NCBI GenBank assembly: GCA_946612625.1
Contig: CAMOEW010000004.1
Location: 3-64,002 of the forward strand
Direction of reading: 5' to 3'
Source: an uncultured Prevotella sp.
Lineage (GTDB): Bacteria > Bacteroidota > Bacteroidia > Bacteroidales > Bacteroidaceae
Length of the DNA stretch: 64,000 bases
In this document: one piece after another, positions 27,355 to 37,671 of the stretch
How positions within the stretch are numbered: the stretch's first letter is position 1
How the letters are laid out: the number at the start of each line of letters is the position of its first letter
The notes under the pieces: generated by a model
Told to the model about the DNA's origin: nothing
The model's database searches: none
What the model saw: the letters and a program-made list of their open reading frames with translations, nothing else
Made by a program: the position numbers and the translations under genes

Positions 27355-27871
27355 ATTAATTCATCCTCTGGCCGATGTGCAGACAACGGCAATCGGCGAC
27401 GACACAAGGATATGGCAGTTCTGCGTGGTGCTCAAGAACGCACGCATAGGCAGCGGCTGCAATATATGTTCGCACGTGTTTATCGAGAACGACGTGGTGA
27501 TAGGCAACAACGTCACCGTGAAATGCGGCGTGCAGCTATGGGACGGCATCACCGTGGGCGACAACGTATTCATCGGAGCCAACGCCACATTTACCAACGA
27601 CATGGTGCCGCGGTCGAAGCATGAGTGGACAAGGCTGGACACCGTGATAGAAGAAGGGGCGACGATAGGTGCCAATGCCACCGTGATGGCAGGGCTTAGG
27701 ATAGGCAGATATGCCTTTGTGGGCGCCGGCAGCGTGGCTACGCACGACGTGCCGCCGTTCACCCTGTGGTATGGCAATCCAGCAGTGCAGAAGGGATACG
27801 TCACTGCCGACGGCATCGTGCTCGATATGGAAAAGAAAGACAAAGAAGGAAAAGTACATTCATTATGGTAA
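27347..27871 (+). CDS. Hexapeptide-repeat N-acetyltransferase (WxcM/QdtC-like)
   Basis: IHPLADVQ, left-handed beta-helix repeats, FTND, GNPA. Confidence 0.85.
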   Translation: MSKLIHPLADVQTTAIGDDTRIWQFCVVLKNARIGSGCNICSHVFIENDVVIGNNVTVKCGVQLWDGITVGDNVFIGANATFTNDMVPRSKHEWTRLDTVIEEGATIGANATVMAGLRIGRYAFVGAGSVATHDVPPFTLWYGNPAVQKGYVTADGIVLDMEKKDKEGKVHSLW

Positions 27872-28971
27872 AGTTTTTGGATTTAAAGGAAGTGACGGCA
27901 CTGCACGGCAGAGAGATTGGCGAAGCTGTGAGCCGAGTGGTCAACGGAGGATGGTATCTGCAGGGGCAGGAAAACGCCGCCTTCGAACAGCACTATGCCG
28001 AGTATATAGGCACGAAATATGCCGTGGGATGCGCCAACGGACTGGATGCGCTCATCTGGATATTCCGCGCATATATCGAGATGGGCGTGATGAAAGAGGG
28101 CGACGAGGTGATAGTGCCTGCCAACACTTACATCGCAACCATTCTCGCCATCACGGAGAACGGTCTGAAGCCAGTGCTCGTGGAACCGAGGCTCAATACG
28201 CTGGAGATTGACGACGAACAGATAGAACCACTCATAAGCGAGCGCACCAGGGCGATATGCATCGTGCATCTGTACGGACGCATAGCATGTACGCCGAAGA
28301 TTACAGAGCTGTGCAGGAAGTACGGCCTGAAGCTGGTGGAGGACAATGCCCAGGCCCATGGGTGCATCTATGGCGAGACAGGACAGCGTACCGGCAGTCT
28401 CGGCGACGCCGCAGGCCACTCGTTCTATCCGGGCAAGAACCTCGGTGCACTGGGCGACGGAGGTGCTGTCACTACAAACGACCGTGAGCTTGCCGACGCC
28501 GTAAGAGCTCTCGCCAACTACGGTTCGCAGCGCAAGTATGTGTTCAAATATACCGGCCGCAACAGCCGCCTCGACGAGATTCAGGCTGCCGTGCTCGACG
28601 TGAAGCTGAAATACCTGGACGAGGACAACCGCCACCGCAAGGAGGCGGCCCGCTACTACATAGACCATATAGACAACCCCTGCGTGACGCTGCCCGACAC
28701 GCTGGCAGAGGAGCAGAACGTGTTTCATCTCTTCCCGATTCTTTGTTCACGACGCGACGAACTGCGCGACTATCTCGAAGAGAAAGGCATAGGCACGGTG
28801 ATACACTACCCGATAGCACCACATAAGCAGGAGTGCTACAAGCAGTGGAACACGTTGTCGCTGCCTGTCACCGAGAAGATAGCAGCCGAGGAGCTGTCGC
28901 TGCCCATGGGACCGACCATCACGCCGGAGCAGGTGAAGGAAGTGGTGCGGGCGATAAACGAGTTCAGGTAG
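27865..28971 (+). CDS. DegT/DnrJ/EryC1/StrS aminotransferase (FdtB-like)
   Basis: [33 protein letters not shown]; start at MVKFLDL. Confidence 0.9.
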   Translation: MVKFLDLKEVTALHGREIGEAVSRVVNGGWYLQGQENAAFEQHYAEYIGTKYAVGCANGLDALIWIFRAYIEMGVMKEGDEVIVPANTYIATILAITENGLKPVLVEPRLNTLEIDDEQIEPLISERTRAICIVHLYGRIACTPKITELCRKYGLKLVEDNAQAHGCIYGETGQRTGSLGDAAGHSFYPGKNLGALGDGGAVTTNDRELADAVRALANYGSQRKYVFKYTGRNSRLDEIQAAVLDVKLKYLDEDNRHRKEAARYYIDHIDNPCVTLPDTLAEEQNVFHLFPILCSRRDELRDYLEEKGIGTVIHYPIAPHKQECYKQWNTLSLPVTEKIAAEELSLPMGPTITPEQVKEVVRAINEFR

Positions 28972-28983
28972 TACGGAGAGAAT

Positions 28984-29889
28984 ATGAATACCCCTTTCTA
29001 TAGCGTTGTCGTGCTCTGCTACAACACGGCAGAGACGGTCGTAGAGACCCTTGAGAGTATCAAGGGGCAGACCTTCAGGGACATTGAGCTGATAATATGC
29101 GACGATGCCTCTGCTGACGGCAGTGTGGAGATATGCCGCCGGTGGATAGAAGACAACGGCGACAGGTTCAGCCGCGCACTGCTGATGACCGCCGACCGGA
29201 ACCGGGGCACTGCTGCGAATGCAGACAGAGGATGCCGCGAGGCAAGAGGGCAGTGGCTGAAGGTGATTGCTGCTGACGACTGTCTGTTGCCGACGGGACT
29301 TGAAGAATACAAACATTTTATCGACAGCCATGCAGACAGCGACATACTGTTCTCGAAGATGACGGCAATGGGCGACATGACAATGGCAGAGCACTCGTCG
29401 ATACTCGACACAGGAAAGTATTTCAGCCGGCTCACACGGCGACAGTTAGAGATGAGGCTGCTGAAGGGAAACTTCCTGCCGGCAGCATCGGCACTGATAC
29501 GGCGTGACTGCTATGACAGGCTGGGAGGATATGAGATGTCGGTGGCGCTGATGGAAGACTGGCCGTTCTGGGTGAAGGCCATTCTCAACGGCTGTGTGCT
29601 GAGGTTCTACGACGGTTATACTGCTGCCTATCGTTTCAGCCAGCACTCGATATCCATGTCGGAGATGCACGAGCGTAGGAAGGCGTACCTGAAGACCGAC
29701 CGTGCGGCCCACGACTTCGTGCTGCGTCTGCTGAGAAGCAAGCACCGATACTGCGACTGGTATTACCAGCTGACATACTATCACAGAACACTGCAGCCCG
29801 ACAGTATGCTATGGAGGGCACTCTACCGTATGAACGTGCTTAACCCCGTGTATTATGAGGATAAGCGCTACAAGAAAATCGAGCTATAG
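28984..29889 (+). CDS. GT2 glycosyltransferase
   Basis: SVVVLCYN, DDASAD, AADD, EDWP. Confidence 0.85.
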   Translation: MNTPFYSVVVLCYNTAETVVETLESIKGQTFRDIELIICDDASADGSVEICRRWIEDNGDRFSRALLMTADRNRGTAANADRGCREARGQWLKVIAADDCLLPTGLEEYKHFIDSHADSDILFSKMTAMGDMTMAEHSSILDTGKYFSRLTRRQLEMRLLKGNFLPAASALIRRDCYDRLGGYEMSVALMEDWPFWVKAILNGCVLRFYDGYTAAYRFSQHSISMSEMHERRKAYLKTDRAAHDFVLRLLRSKHRYCDWYYQLTYYHRTLQPDSMLWRALYRMNVLNPVYYEDKRYKKIEL

Positions 29890-31767
29890 CGCAAGGCGCA
29901 TACCTACGGTGCGTTCGCGCCGCCAATACGTGAACTGGTAGCGGTTGCTGACGCGCAGGTAGCGGAGGGTGTTGGCGTAGCTGCCGCCACGGATGACGTG
30001 GAACTTACGACGCATCAGGCGCGTGAAGAAGTTGGAAGGTGCTCCTTGATACTCACTGTATTCGTTCTCGCACCATTCCCATACGCCGCCGCTCATGTCG
30101 TAGAGGCCAAGCTCGTTGGGCCGCTTGCTGCGAATGGGCGTGTGGAAGTTGATGTTGCCGTCGGAGGCGTTCACCGACACTGCCCCGGCATCGTTGCCGC
30201 CGGCATACAGATAACCGCGAGAACGGTTTCCGCCGCGCGCCGCATACTCCCATTCCTCTTCAGTGGGCAGACGGAAGCGCTCGCCGGTGAGGGCGTTGAG
30301 CTTAGAAATGAACTCATGGGCATCGTCGTAGGATATGCTCTCCATCGGCCAGCCCGTGTGCTGATACTTGGCGATATTCTTGCCCATGACTGCCACCCAG
30401 AGGTCTTGTGACACCTCGCACTCGCCAATGTAGAAGTCGGCAACAGTAACCTTATGTGCCGGATACTCATCGCTGTCGCCGCCATTATAGGTGGTGCCCA
30501 TGAGATAGGTGCCGCCCTTCACGGGCTTCATCACGAACCTGACTCCACCAACATCATAGGTCTTGTCCTGAGCTCTGACGCTGAGCGTGGCTCCCGTGGC
30601 AAGCAGCAGAAAGGTAGCCACGGTGCGGCAGGAGACTGACGGAGAGAAGGAGGGGCCTGTGGCCCTCCACACTATCATGACCCATGCGATGAACATGCAA
30701 TAGACATCGGTCCAGAATGTCTTGTGGATATATTCGTGAAGCCATGCCGGGCAGAGCACGTCGGTGGGCAGGATGCTGAAATTGACAAACAGCAGCCAGA
30801 AGAGTAGCCAGTCGAAGCGCGTGCGGCGTGGCATCAGGAAGAATGCCATGGCATAGCCCGTGAGCGAGATGACATAGGTGTGGGTCTCGGGACTGTCGCT
30901 GAACAGGATGATATAGCCCATGATTACGGCGAGCACCTGGACACGGAAGTTGAAATCACGCCACCGCTTGTAGCGCCAGAAGAACAGCACTGCGAGGAGC
31001 AGGAACACAATAATCTGGACGGCACGGTAGTTGGGAAGCAGCAGCGGCTTCAGACCCCTTGCAAAGAGAATGCCGATGAAGTCGGCATCGCTGTGGTGCG
31101 ACGCTATCATCTCGAACATCTCGCGGTAGAGCACGAAGACATTGTCGAACGACGGATTAATCGCCGGCAGCAACAGAAATCCAGCTCCGCAGGCAACAGC
31201 ATAGCCGAAGTTGCGCCATACGTGGGGATAGCAGAACAGCAATGCAAGCTCGACGACACCATATACCTTCGTCGTTGCCGACAGCATTATCAGCAACACT
31301 GCCCAGAACGCACGGCCACGCTCAAGCAGATTGAAGGCGAAGACGAAGATGTAGCATACCACAAGGTTGTACTGGTAGCAGAAGACGCTCTGCAGCACTA
31401 CCGACAGGGTGAAGAGGAAAATCTTCAGCCGGTAGGGGGCAAATGCCTTCGGCAGCGTCCAGATGGCGAGTGTGAACATACAGTAGTTGAAGATGTTCCA
31501 TACGAACGGTCCCAGCCACTGCGGCAGGGCAAAGACGGGGTAGAAGACCGTGCTGAACACCGGTGAATAAAGGAAGTAGAGACCGCGAGTCTCGGCATAT
31601 TCCAACGTGTATGAACTGATGCCGCTCCAGAACATCATCGTGGAGTCGTAGTAGTCGAAATAGTTGGTGTTGCGACCGCGTATCACTTCGATTGCTGTGG
31701 CTGCCATGGCAACAAGCAGTCCGATGCCCCACCAGAACCTCCGGTCATGAATAATCCTTTTCCACAT
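29884..31767 (-). CDS. GT87/DUF2029-type polytopic glycosyltransferase fused to a C-terminal FGE-sulfatase (SUMF1-like) domain
   Basis: Multi-TM N-terminal region 'YFLYSPVF...SDSPETHTY'; C-terminal 'RLPTEEEWEYAARGG', 'PNELGLYDMSGGVWEWC', 'RGGSY...GMRL'. Confidence 0.8.
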   Translation of the reverse strand: MWKRIIHDRRFWWGIGLLVAMAATAIEVIRGRNTNYFDYYDSTMMFWSGISSYTLEYAETRGLYFLYSPVFSTVFYPVFALPQWLGPFVWNIFNYCMFTLAIWTLPKAFAPYRLKIFLFTLSVVLQSVFCYQYNLVVCYIFVFAFNLLERGRAFWAVLLIMLSATTKVYGVVELALLFCYPHVWRNFGYAVACGAGFLLLPAINPSFDNVFVLYREMFEMIASHHSDADFIGILFARGLKPLLLPNYRAVQIIVFLLLAVLFFWRYKRWRDFNFRVQVLAVIMGYIILFSDSPETHTYVISLTGYAMAFFLMPRRTRFDWLLFWLLFVNFSILPTDVLCPAWLHEYIHKTFWTDVYCMFIAWVMIVWRATGPSFSPSVSCRTVATFLLLATGATLSVRAQDKTYDVGGVRFVMKPVKGGTYLMGTTYNGGDSDEYPAHKVTVADFYIGECEVSQDLWVAVMGKNIAKYQHTGWPMESISYDDAHEFISKLNALTGERFRLPTEEEWEYAARGGNRSRGYLYAGGNDAGAVSVNASDGNINFHTPIRSKRPNELGLYDMSGGVWEWCENEYSEYQGAPSNFFTRLMRRKFHVIRGGSYANTLRYLRVSNRYQFTYWRRERTVGMRLAL

Positions 31768-31789
31768 ATGCTCCTTTGCTTCTCTACTC

Positions 31790-32713
31790 TTAGAAATTCA
31801 ACTTCTCATCGATGATATATGACGGGCGCTTCTTCACCTCGTCGAAAATGTTGCCTATATACACGGCGATTATTCCCATCACCATTATCATTATGCCGGC
31901 AATGAACCACATGGAGACGAACAGCGTAACCCATCCGCTGACGTCTATTCCCGTGACGATAGTCTTCACAACGAGAAAGACGGCAAGCACGATGGCAAGC
32001 AGCGTAATCATGATGCCGAAATACACTATCAGCCGCAGTGATTTAGTGGAGAAGGAAACGGCGGTGGTGACGGCGAGCTCGATGCGCTTGCGCATGGTAT
32101 ATGACGACTCCTTGCCGTCGGTGCGCTCGTCGTGGTTGACCTCAAGCTTGGTTGACTTGAAGCCTACCCACTGGTTCATCAGAGGATAGTAGCGGCGGTA
32201 GTCGCCCATCAGCGACATCGCATCGACCACCTTGCGGCGATAGATGGCAAACTCGGCGAGCGACTCGTCCTGGCGTGTGTCGGTAAGGAATCCCATCAGA
32301 CGGTTGAAGAGACGCGACCCCTGAGTCATGAAGAAACTGTCGGGGCGGTTCTGACGGCTGGCAAACACAATGTCGTAGCCCTCGCGTACCTTATTATATA
32401 AGTGGGGTATCTCAGACGGCGGATTCTGGAGGTCGCAGTCGAGAGTGACGACATAGTCGCCGCTCGACATGTCGAAACCCGCATTGAGAGCATACTGCTG
32501 GCCGAAGTTGCGGCTGAGAAATACTCCCTTCACTTTCTTGTCGGTGCGGCAGATGTCGGTGATTATCTCACGGCTGTCGTCGGGACTGTGGTCTTCGACG
32601 AGAATAATCTCATAGTCGGCAGTGAACGTCTCGACGGCAGACTCTATCTGCCTGACAAGTTCCTTGATTAGTGTGGGCGCTCCATAGACGGGGCTTATGA
32701 CTGATATTTCCAT
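31790..32713 (-). CDS. GtrB-like undecaprenyl-phosphate glycosyltransferase (GT2)
   Basis: LSRNFGQ, DCDLQNPP, two C-terminal TM helices, KKRPSYII. Confidence 0.87.
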   Translation of the reverse strand: MEISVISPVYGAPTLIKELVRQIESAVETFTADYEIILVEDHSPDDSREIITDICRTDKKVKGVFLSRNFGQQYALNAGFDMSSGDYVVTLDCDLQNPPSEIPHLYNKVREGYDIVFASRQNRPDSFFMTQGSRLFNRLMGFLTDTRQDESLAEFAIYRRKVVDAMSLMGDYRRYYPLMNQWVGFKSTKLEVNHDERTDGKESSYTMRKRIELAVTTAVSFSTKSLRLIVYFGIMITLLAIVLAVFLVVKTIVTGIDVSGWVTLFVSMWFIAGIMIMVMGIIAVYIGNIFDEVKKRPSYIIDEKLNF

Positions 32714-32740
32714 ACTTTAAACAGGTAAGCGGGATTTGTA

Positions 32741-33868
32741 TCAACAGCTGAAAAACCGTTTGACATGCTCTGCCACGAAAGCTGCTTCGTCGTCGCTAAG
32801 CTCATAGAACAGCGGCAGGCGCACAAGACAGTCGCCATAGCGAGCGCAGTTAACCAGAGGCGCACCCGTGTATTTGTCGCGGTAGTAGTCGCTGGAGTGA
32901 AGGGGTATATAGTGGAACGTGGCCTGGATGCCATTGTCTTTCAGATACTGCATCAGTGATGTGCGCTCGTCGAGCGAACGGCATACGAGATAATACATGT
33001 GGCCGTTGTTGACTGCATATCCGGGAATCAGAGGCAGGTTGACACGACTCTCATCGACACTGCCGCGGAGTGCCGTGTCGTAGATTTCCCAGATGTGCTT
33101 GCGGCGGTTCTGGATGTCGTCGAGCTGTTCAAGCTGTGCCCAGAGGAAGGCGGCATTGAACTCGGACGGAAGGAACGAAGACCCCGTGTCGCACCATCCG
33201 TATTTGTTCACCATTCCGCGGTAGAACTCCGCACGGTTGGTGCCTTTCTCCCAGAGTATCTCTGAGCGGCGCACAAAGCGCTCGTCGTTGACAACAAGCA
33301 TTCCGCCTTCGCCGCTACTGATGTTCTTCGTCTCGTGGAACGAGAAGGCTGCAAGATGGGCGATGCCACCAAGCGGACGACCCTTGTATGTGGCGTCGAT
33401 GGAGTGGGCTGCATCCTCGACGACAATGATGCCGTGGGCATTGGCAAGCTCCATGATGGAATCCATGTCGCAGGCTACGCCGGCATAGTGAACCACGGCG
33501 ATGACCTTAGTACGGGACGTAATCAGGGGCTGTATCGTCTCGGCAGAAATGTTTGGGCTCTCGGCAGTGCTGTCGGCAAAGACGAGCGTGGCTTTCTCGC
33601 GAAGGAAGGCCAGGGCGGTTGACACGAAGGTATATGACGGAACAATCACCTCGTCGCCGGGCTGAAGGTCGCAGAGCATGGCGCACATCTCAAGGGCATC
33701 AGTGCCCGAAGTGGTGAGAAGGCATTTGCGGAAGCCGTATTTCTGCTCAAAGAAGGCGTGGCACTTTTTTGTGAAGTCGCCGTTGCCCGACATCGTCATA
33801 GAGTGGCATACCTCCTCCATGTATTTCAGTTCCCTGCCGGAACAGTATGGCTTGTTGAAAGGAATCAT
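32741..33868 (-). CDS. wecE: dTDP-4-amino-4,6-dideoxygalactose transaminase (WecE/RffA-like)
   Basis: MIPFNKP, FSFHETKNISSGEGG, EKGTNR, HYIPLH. Confidence 0.82.
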   Translation of the reverse strand: MIPFNKPYCSGRELKYMEEVCHSMTMSGNGDFTKKCHAFFEQKYGFRKCLLTTSGTDALEMCAMLCDLQPGDEVIVPSYTFVSTALAFLREKATLVFADSTAESPNISAETIQPLITSRTKVIAVVHYAGVACDMDSIMELANAHGIIVVEDAAHSIDATYKGRPLGGIAHLAAFSFHETKNISSGEGGMLVVNDERFVRRSEILWEKGTNRAEFYRGMVNKYGWCDTGSSFLPSEFNAAFLWAQLEQLDDIQNRRKHIWEIYDTALRGSVDESRVNLPLIPGYAVNNGHMYYLVCRSLDERTSLMQYLKDNGIQATFHYIPLHSSDYYRDKYTGAPLVNCARYGDCLVRLPLFYELSDDEAAFVAEHVKRFFSC

Positions 33869-33942
33869 CGTATATTCAATTTTCAGCTTTTTTAATTCTT
33901 CAGTTTGTAGATTCTTCAATTTTTCAATTATCTTTGCAGGCG

Positions 33943-34317
33943 ATGATTGACAGGCAGACATTTCGCGAAATTCTTCGCTTTGGCATTGTGGGCACGATAT
34001 CCACAGCGTTCCACTACGGTATCTACTGGGTGCTGCAGCACTGGATGAATGTGAACATTGCCTATACTGCCGGCTATCTGCTCAGCCTGATGCTCAACTA
34101 CTATCTCTCGGCACGCTTCACCTTCAGGAAAGGGCTCTCGGCAAAGAGCAGCGTGGGATTCAGCGGTGCACATCTTGTCAACTATCTGTTGCATATTGTG
34201 TTGCTCAACACGTTCATCTCGTTTGGCGTAGGCAATGAAGTGGCTCCGCTTCTGGTCTTCTGCATCGCAATTCCTGTCAATTTCGTGCTCGTGCGCTTTG
34301 TCTTCCGCCATTCGTGA
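33943..34317 (+). CDS. GtrA family protein (putative lipid-linked sugar flippase)
   Basis: RFGIVG, NYYLSARFTF, 4 TM helices, RFVF. Confidence 0.87.
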   Translation: MIDRQTFREILRFGIVGTISTAFHYGIYWVLQHWMNVNIAYTAGYLLSLMLNYYLSARFTFRKGLSAKSSVGFSGAHLVNYLLHIVLLNTFISFGVGNEVAPLLVFCIAIPVNFVLVRFVFRHS

Positions 34318-34334
34318 CATTGCGTTTGCCGCTG

Positions 34335-34342
34335 CAAAGTTA
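34335..34342 (-). promoter_or_regulatory. -7 box TAACTTTG pointing antisense through gtrA toward the wecE operon
   Basis: ctgcaaagtta on the plus strand, in AT-rich context like the other promoters in the window. Confidence 0.5.
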
Positions 34343-34463
34343 CGAAATTATGCTGATATAGAAAAGCGATTTTAGAAGATTAACGCAGTTCGTACAATAA
34401 ATAAAAGCATTTTCATTATTATTCCCGTGTTCCTTTGTGGGAAGAAAAGCAGTAGAAATGATG

Positions 34464-34506
34464 CAATCAACGAGGGCGAGCCTTGATAAAGGCCCGCCCT
34501 CGATTG
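34464..34506 (-). terminator. Hairpin downstream of secDF
   Basis: cgagggcgagcctt-gata-aaggcccgccctcg. Confidence 0.55.
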
Positions 34507-34532
34507 TTATTATGTATGTACGCGCGTGAAGA

Positions 34533-37500
34533 CTATTCTTTCGGAGCTTCTTCCTCGCGGATGGTCTTACCCATGGTGAGGTAAGCCACTGGGGATGCGA
34601 TGAAGATAGACGAGAGAGTACCGAACACAACACCGAGAATCATTGCGAACGAGAAGCTGCGAATGCTGTCGCCACCAAGGACGAAGATTGCGAGCAGTAC
34701 GATCAATGTAGTAACAGAAGTGTTGATGGTACGTGCGAGAGTCTGGTTCAGCGACTCGTCGAAGAGTTCCTGACGGTCGCGCTTGCCAAACAGACGGAAG
34801 TTCTCGCGAACACGGTCGAATACCACCACCTTGTCGTTGATGGAGTAGCCGATAACCGTAAGAATAGCACCGATGAATGTCTGGTCGATTTCAAGCGACA
34901 TGGGCAATATACCCCACAGGGCACTGTAGAATCCGATAACGATAAGCGTATCAAGAGCCAAGGCAACGATAGCACCTACGGAGAAGGCGAAGTTGCGGAA
35001 GCGTAGCAGGATATAAAGGAAGATTGCCGCGAGAGCAATAAACACTGAAATGATTGCGCCGTGAGTGATGTCCTTAGCGACAGACGGTCCTACCTTTGCT
35101 GAGCTTATGATGGAACCGCCCTGGCGGATGTCTGGATTCTTGAATGATGTCACGTCGGGCTGGCTGACAAAGCCGCCTTTCTTCAGTGACTCGTAGAGAA
35201 TGGTCTCTGCCTTGTCGTCAACGTCAGGATTGTTTGACTCGATATCCCAGTTGGTAGATACACGAACGGTCTTGCCGTCGGTTCCCAAGGCGATAACGCT
35301 GGTGTTGGCCTCTTCGCCTTTCTTCTCGCCCATGGTGTTGATGAAGGCACCCTGAAGAGCTGTACGTACCTCCTCAACAGGAGTCTGCTTGTCGAGGGTG
35401 ACAACATAGTTGCGACCACCGGTGAAATCGATGCTTTGGCTCAGACCGCGAACAGCGAAGCAGACGATGAACAGAACGGCTGCAACACCCCAGATGGTGA
35501 AGGTGGTCTTGTACATCTCCATGAAATGGAAGTGTTTGTTCTGCATCAGGTTGCGAGAGTAGGCGGTAACGAACGAGAGGTTCTGCCACTTGTCCTTGTT
35601 CAGCTTTGCCTCATATACCAGACGGGTGAGGAATACGGCTGTGAAGAAAGAAACCACGATACCGATGATGTAGGTGGTGGCAAAGCCGCGGATAGGACCT
35701 GTTCCGAATACGTAGAGGATGATACCCGTGAGAAGTGAAGTCAGGTTGGAGTCGAAGATTGCCGAGAAGGCATTGGAATAGCCCAGACGGAGGGCTTCCT
35801 TGACATTGAGACCCTTCTTCAGCTCTTCCTTGATACGCTCGTAGATAAGCACGTTAGCATCCACTGCCGTACCGAGTGTAAGCACGATACCGGCGATACC
35901 GGGCATTGTCAGAGCGGCTTGGAACGACGTGAGGATTCCGAGGGTGAAGAACAGGTTGAGGATAAGGGCGCAGTTGGCAATCATACCGGGGATGGTGCCG
36001 TAGAGCATCACCATGTAGATCATCAGTAGCACGAAAGCAACGATGAACGAGATGATACCCTGCTGGATTGACTGTGCACCAAGTGACGGACCTACCACCT
36101 CTTCCTGAACGATGCGGGTAGGAGCCGGCATCTTACCGGAGTTGAGGGTGTTGGCAAGGTCCTTGGTGTCCTCGATGGTAAAGCTACCCGTAATCTGCGA
36201 GTTGCCACCGTCAATCTGACTAAGGATGCGAGGAGCAGAGTAAACGGCATCGTCGAGCACAATAGCTACAGCCTTGCCGATGTTCTGCTTGGTAATCTGC
36301 GACCAGCGGCGGGCACCGTCGGAGTTCATCTGCATGGATACTGAGGGATGACCCATCTGGTCGAAGTCGTCCTTGGCTGAGGTGATAACGTCGCCCTCAA
36401 GAGGAGCGCGGCCTGACGGCTCGGTGACCTTCAGGGCATGGAGCTCGAAGACATCGCCCTTGGAGAATTCTGCCGGCTTGGCACTCCAGCGGAGCTTCAG
36501 CTCTGAGGGGAAGATGGTGGAGGCAATGTCGGAGTAGATAATCTTGTCAACATCGGCAGTATCGCGAGCCAAGGCATAGCCTACCACGCTCAGCGCCTGA
36601 CCCTGTACGGGCTGGAAGACAGCAAACAGAGGATTCTTCTTCTTCAGATCGTCCATCTGCTTGTTAGCAGCTGCGTCGGCAGCCTTAATATCTTTCTTGG
36701 CAATGGCCGATGCGAGGCTCTTGGCACTGTCGGCAACTTCGGCCTCGACAGCCTCGGCGGTTGTAGTGTCTGCGGCAGCTGGAGCAGCATCGACATCACC
36801 GCCCATGGCAGCATATTTCTGGTTGAGCTGGGAAAGCAGCGGAACAATCTCCTGACTGTTGTAGGTCTCCCAAAACTCAAGGTTGGCACTTCCCTGAAGA
36901 AGCTTGCGCACGCGCTCCGGCTCCTTGATACCAGGCATCTCGACCATGATACGGCCTGACTGACCTTCGAGTTTTTGGATGTTTGGCTGAACGACACCGA
37001 ACTTGTCGATACGGTTGCGGACAACGTTGAACGAATTGTCAACAGCCGACTGTACTTCGGCGCGGAGGGCTGTCTCTACTTCGGCGTCGGTGCTCTTGGT
37101 GTTCACCTTGCCCTTCATCTGCTGGGTGGCAAAGATAGAGGCAAGGGGACGGCCGTTGCCGTTCTTCTTCCAGTGCTTGATGAACAGGTCGATAAACTCT
37201 GCCTGACTGGTTTCCTCTTCCACCTTGGCATCGGCAAGAGCTTTTTTGTAGGCTGCATCGTTCTTGTGGTCGGCAAGCACATCGATAACATCGGGTACTG
37301 ACACCTCGAGAATAACGTTCATACCGCCTTTAAGGTCAAGACCAAGGCCAATCTCCATTTCCCGGCACTGCTTCAGAGAATAGACACCGAGATACACTTT
37401 CTCGTTCATGATGGAATCGAGATACTCCTGACCTGCTTTCTCGTCCATGGCGGCTGCCTTACTCTCGTAGTGGCGTGTCACGAATGAGAAGGAGAGGTAG

Positions 37501-37559
37501 AAGCAGCACACGAGTGTGAGCAGAAGTGCAATTACTTTTACAATTCCTTTGTTTTGCAT
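34533..37559 (-). CDS. secDF: Protein translocase subunit SecDF
   Basis: LGLDLKGG, GPSLG, AVDANVLIYERIKEE, IDFTGG, GYSINDKVVVFDRVRE. Confidence 0.96.
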   Translation of the reverse strand: MQNKGIVKVIALLLTLVCCFYLSFSFVTRHYESKAAAMDEKAGQEYLDSIMNEKVYLGVYSLKQCREMEIGLGLDLKGGMNVILEVSVPDVIDVLADHKNDAAYKKALADAKVEEETSQAEFIDLFIKHWKKNGNGRPLASIFATQQMKGKVNTKSTDAEVETALRAEVQSAVDNSFNVVRNRIDKFGVVQPNIQKLEGQSGRIMVEMPGIKEPERVRKLLQGSANLEFWETYNSQEIVPLLSQLNQKYAAMGGDVDAAPAAADTTTAEAVEAEVADSAKSLASAIAKKDIKAADAAANKQMDDLKKKNPLFAVFQPVQGQALSVVGYALARDTADVDKIIYSDIASTIFPSELKLRWSAKPAEFSKGDVFELHALKVTEPSGRAPLEGDVITSAKDDFDQMGHPSVSMQMNSDGARRWSQITKQNIGKAVAIVLDDAVYSAPRILSQIDGGNSQITGSFTIEDTKDLANTLNSGKMPAPTRIVQEEVVGPSLGAQSIQQGIISFIVAFVLLMIYMVMLYGTIPGMIANCALILNLFFTLGILTSFQAALTMPGIAGIVLTLGTAVDANVLIYERIKEELKKGLNVKEALRLGYSNAFSAIFDSNLTSLLTGIILYVFGTGPIRGFATTYIIGIVVSFFTAVFLTRLVYEAKLNKDKWQNLSFVTAYSRNLMQNKHFHFMEMYKTTFTIWGVAAVLFIVCFAVRGLSQSIDFTGGRNYVVTLDKQTPVEEVRTALQGAFINTMGEKKGEEANTSVIALGTDGKTVRVSTNWDIESNNPDVDDKAETILYESLKKGGFVSQPDVTSFKNPDIRQGGSIISSAKVGPSVAKDITHGAIISVFIALAAIFLYILLRFRNFAFSVGAIVALALDTLIVIGFYSALWGILPMSLEIDQTFIGAILTVIGYSINDKVVVFDRVRENFRLFGKRDRQELFDESLNQTLARTINTSVTTLIVLLAIFVLGGDSIRSFSFAMILGVVFGTLSSIFIASPVAYLTMGKTIREEEAPKE

Positions 37560-37671
37560 TTTTGTTTGTGATATTATTTGTTATTATTTCTTATTTTTAT
37601 GCCCATTTTAGCGTGCAAATATAATGAATTATTTACATTTTCAGAAATTATTTCGGGATTTTCACACATTT

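Noticed and set aside
13373..28728. Long antisense ORFs (e.g. 16690..18006, 18132..19478, 20564..21724, 23582..24451)
   Set aside because: They mirror well-supported genes in GC-rich codon-biased DNA and have no recognisable motifs.
2121..31767. Complete diversity-generating retroelement (Avd-like domain plus FGE-domain or fimbrial targets)
   Set aside because: No reverse transcriptase ORF and no TR/VR pair with adenine-specific mismatches is visible in the window. In the 9-mers the ATA is largely invariant, unlike DGR mutagenesis.
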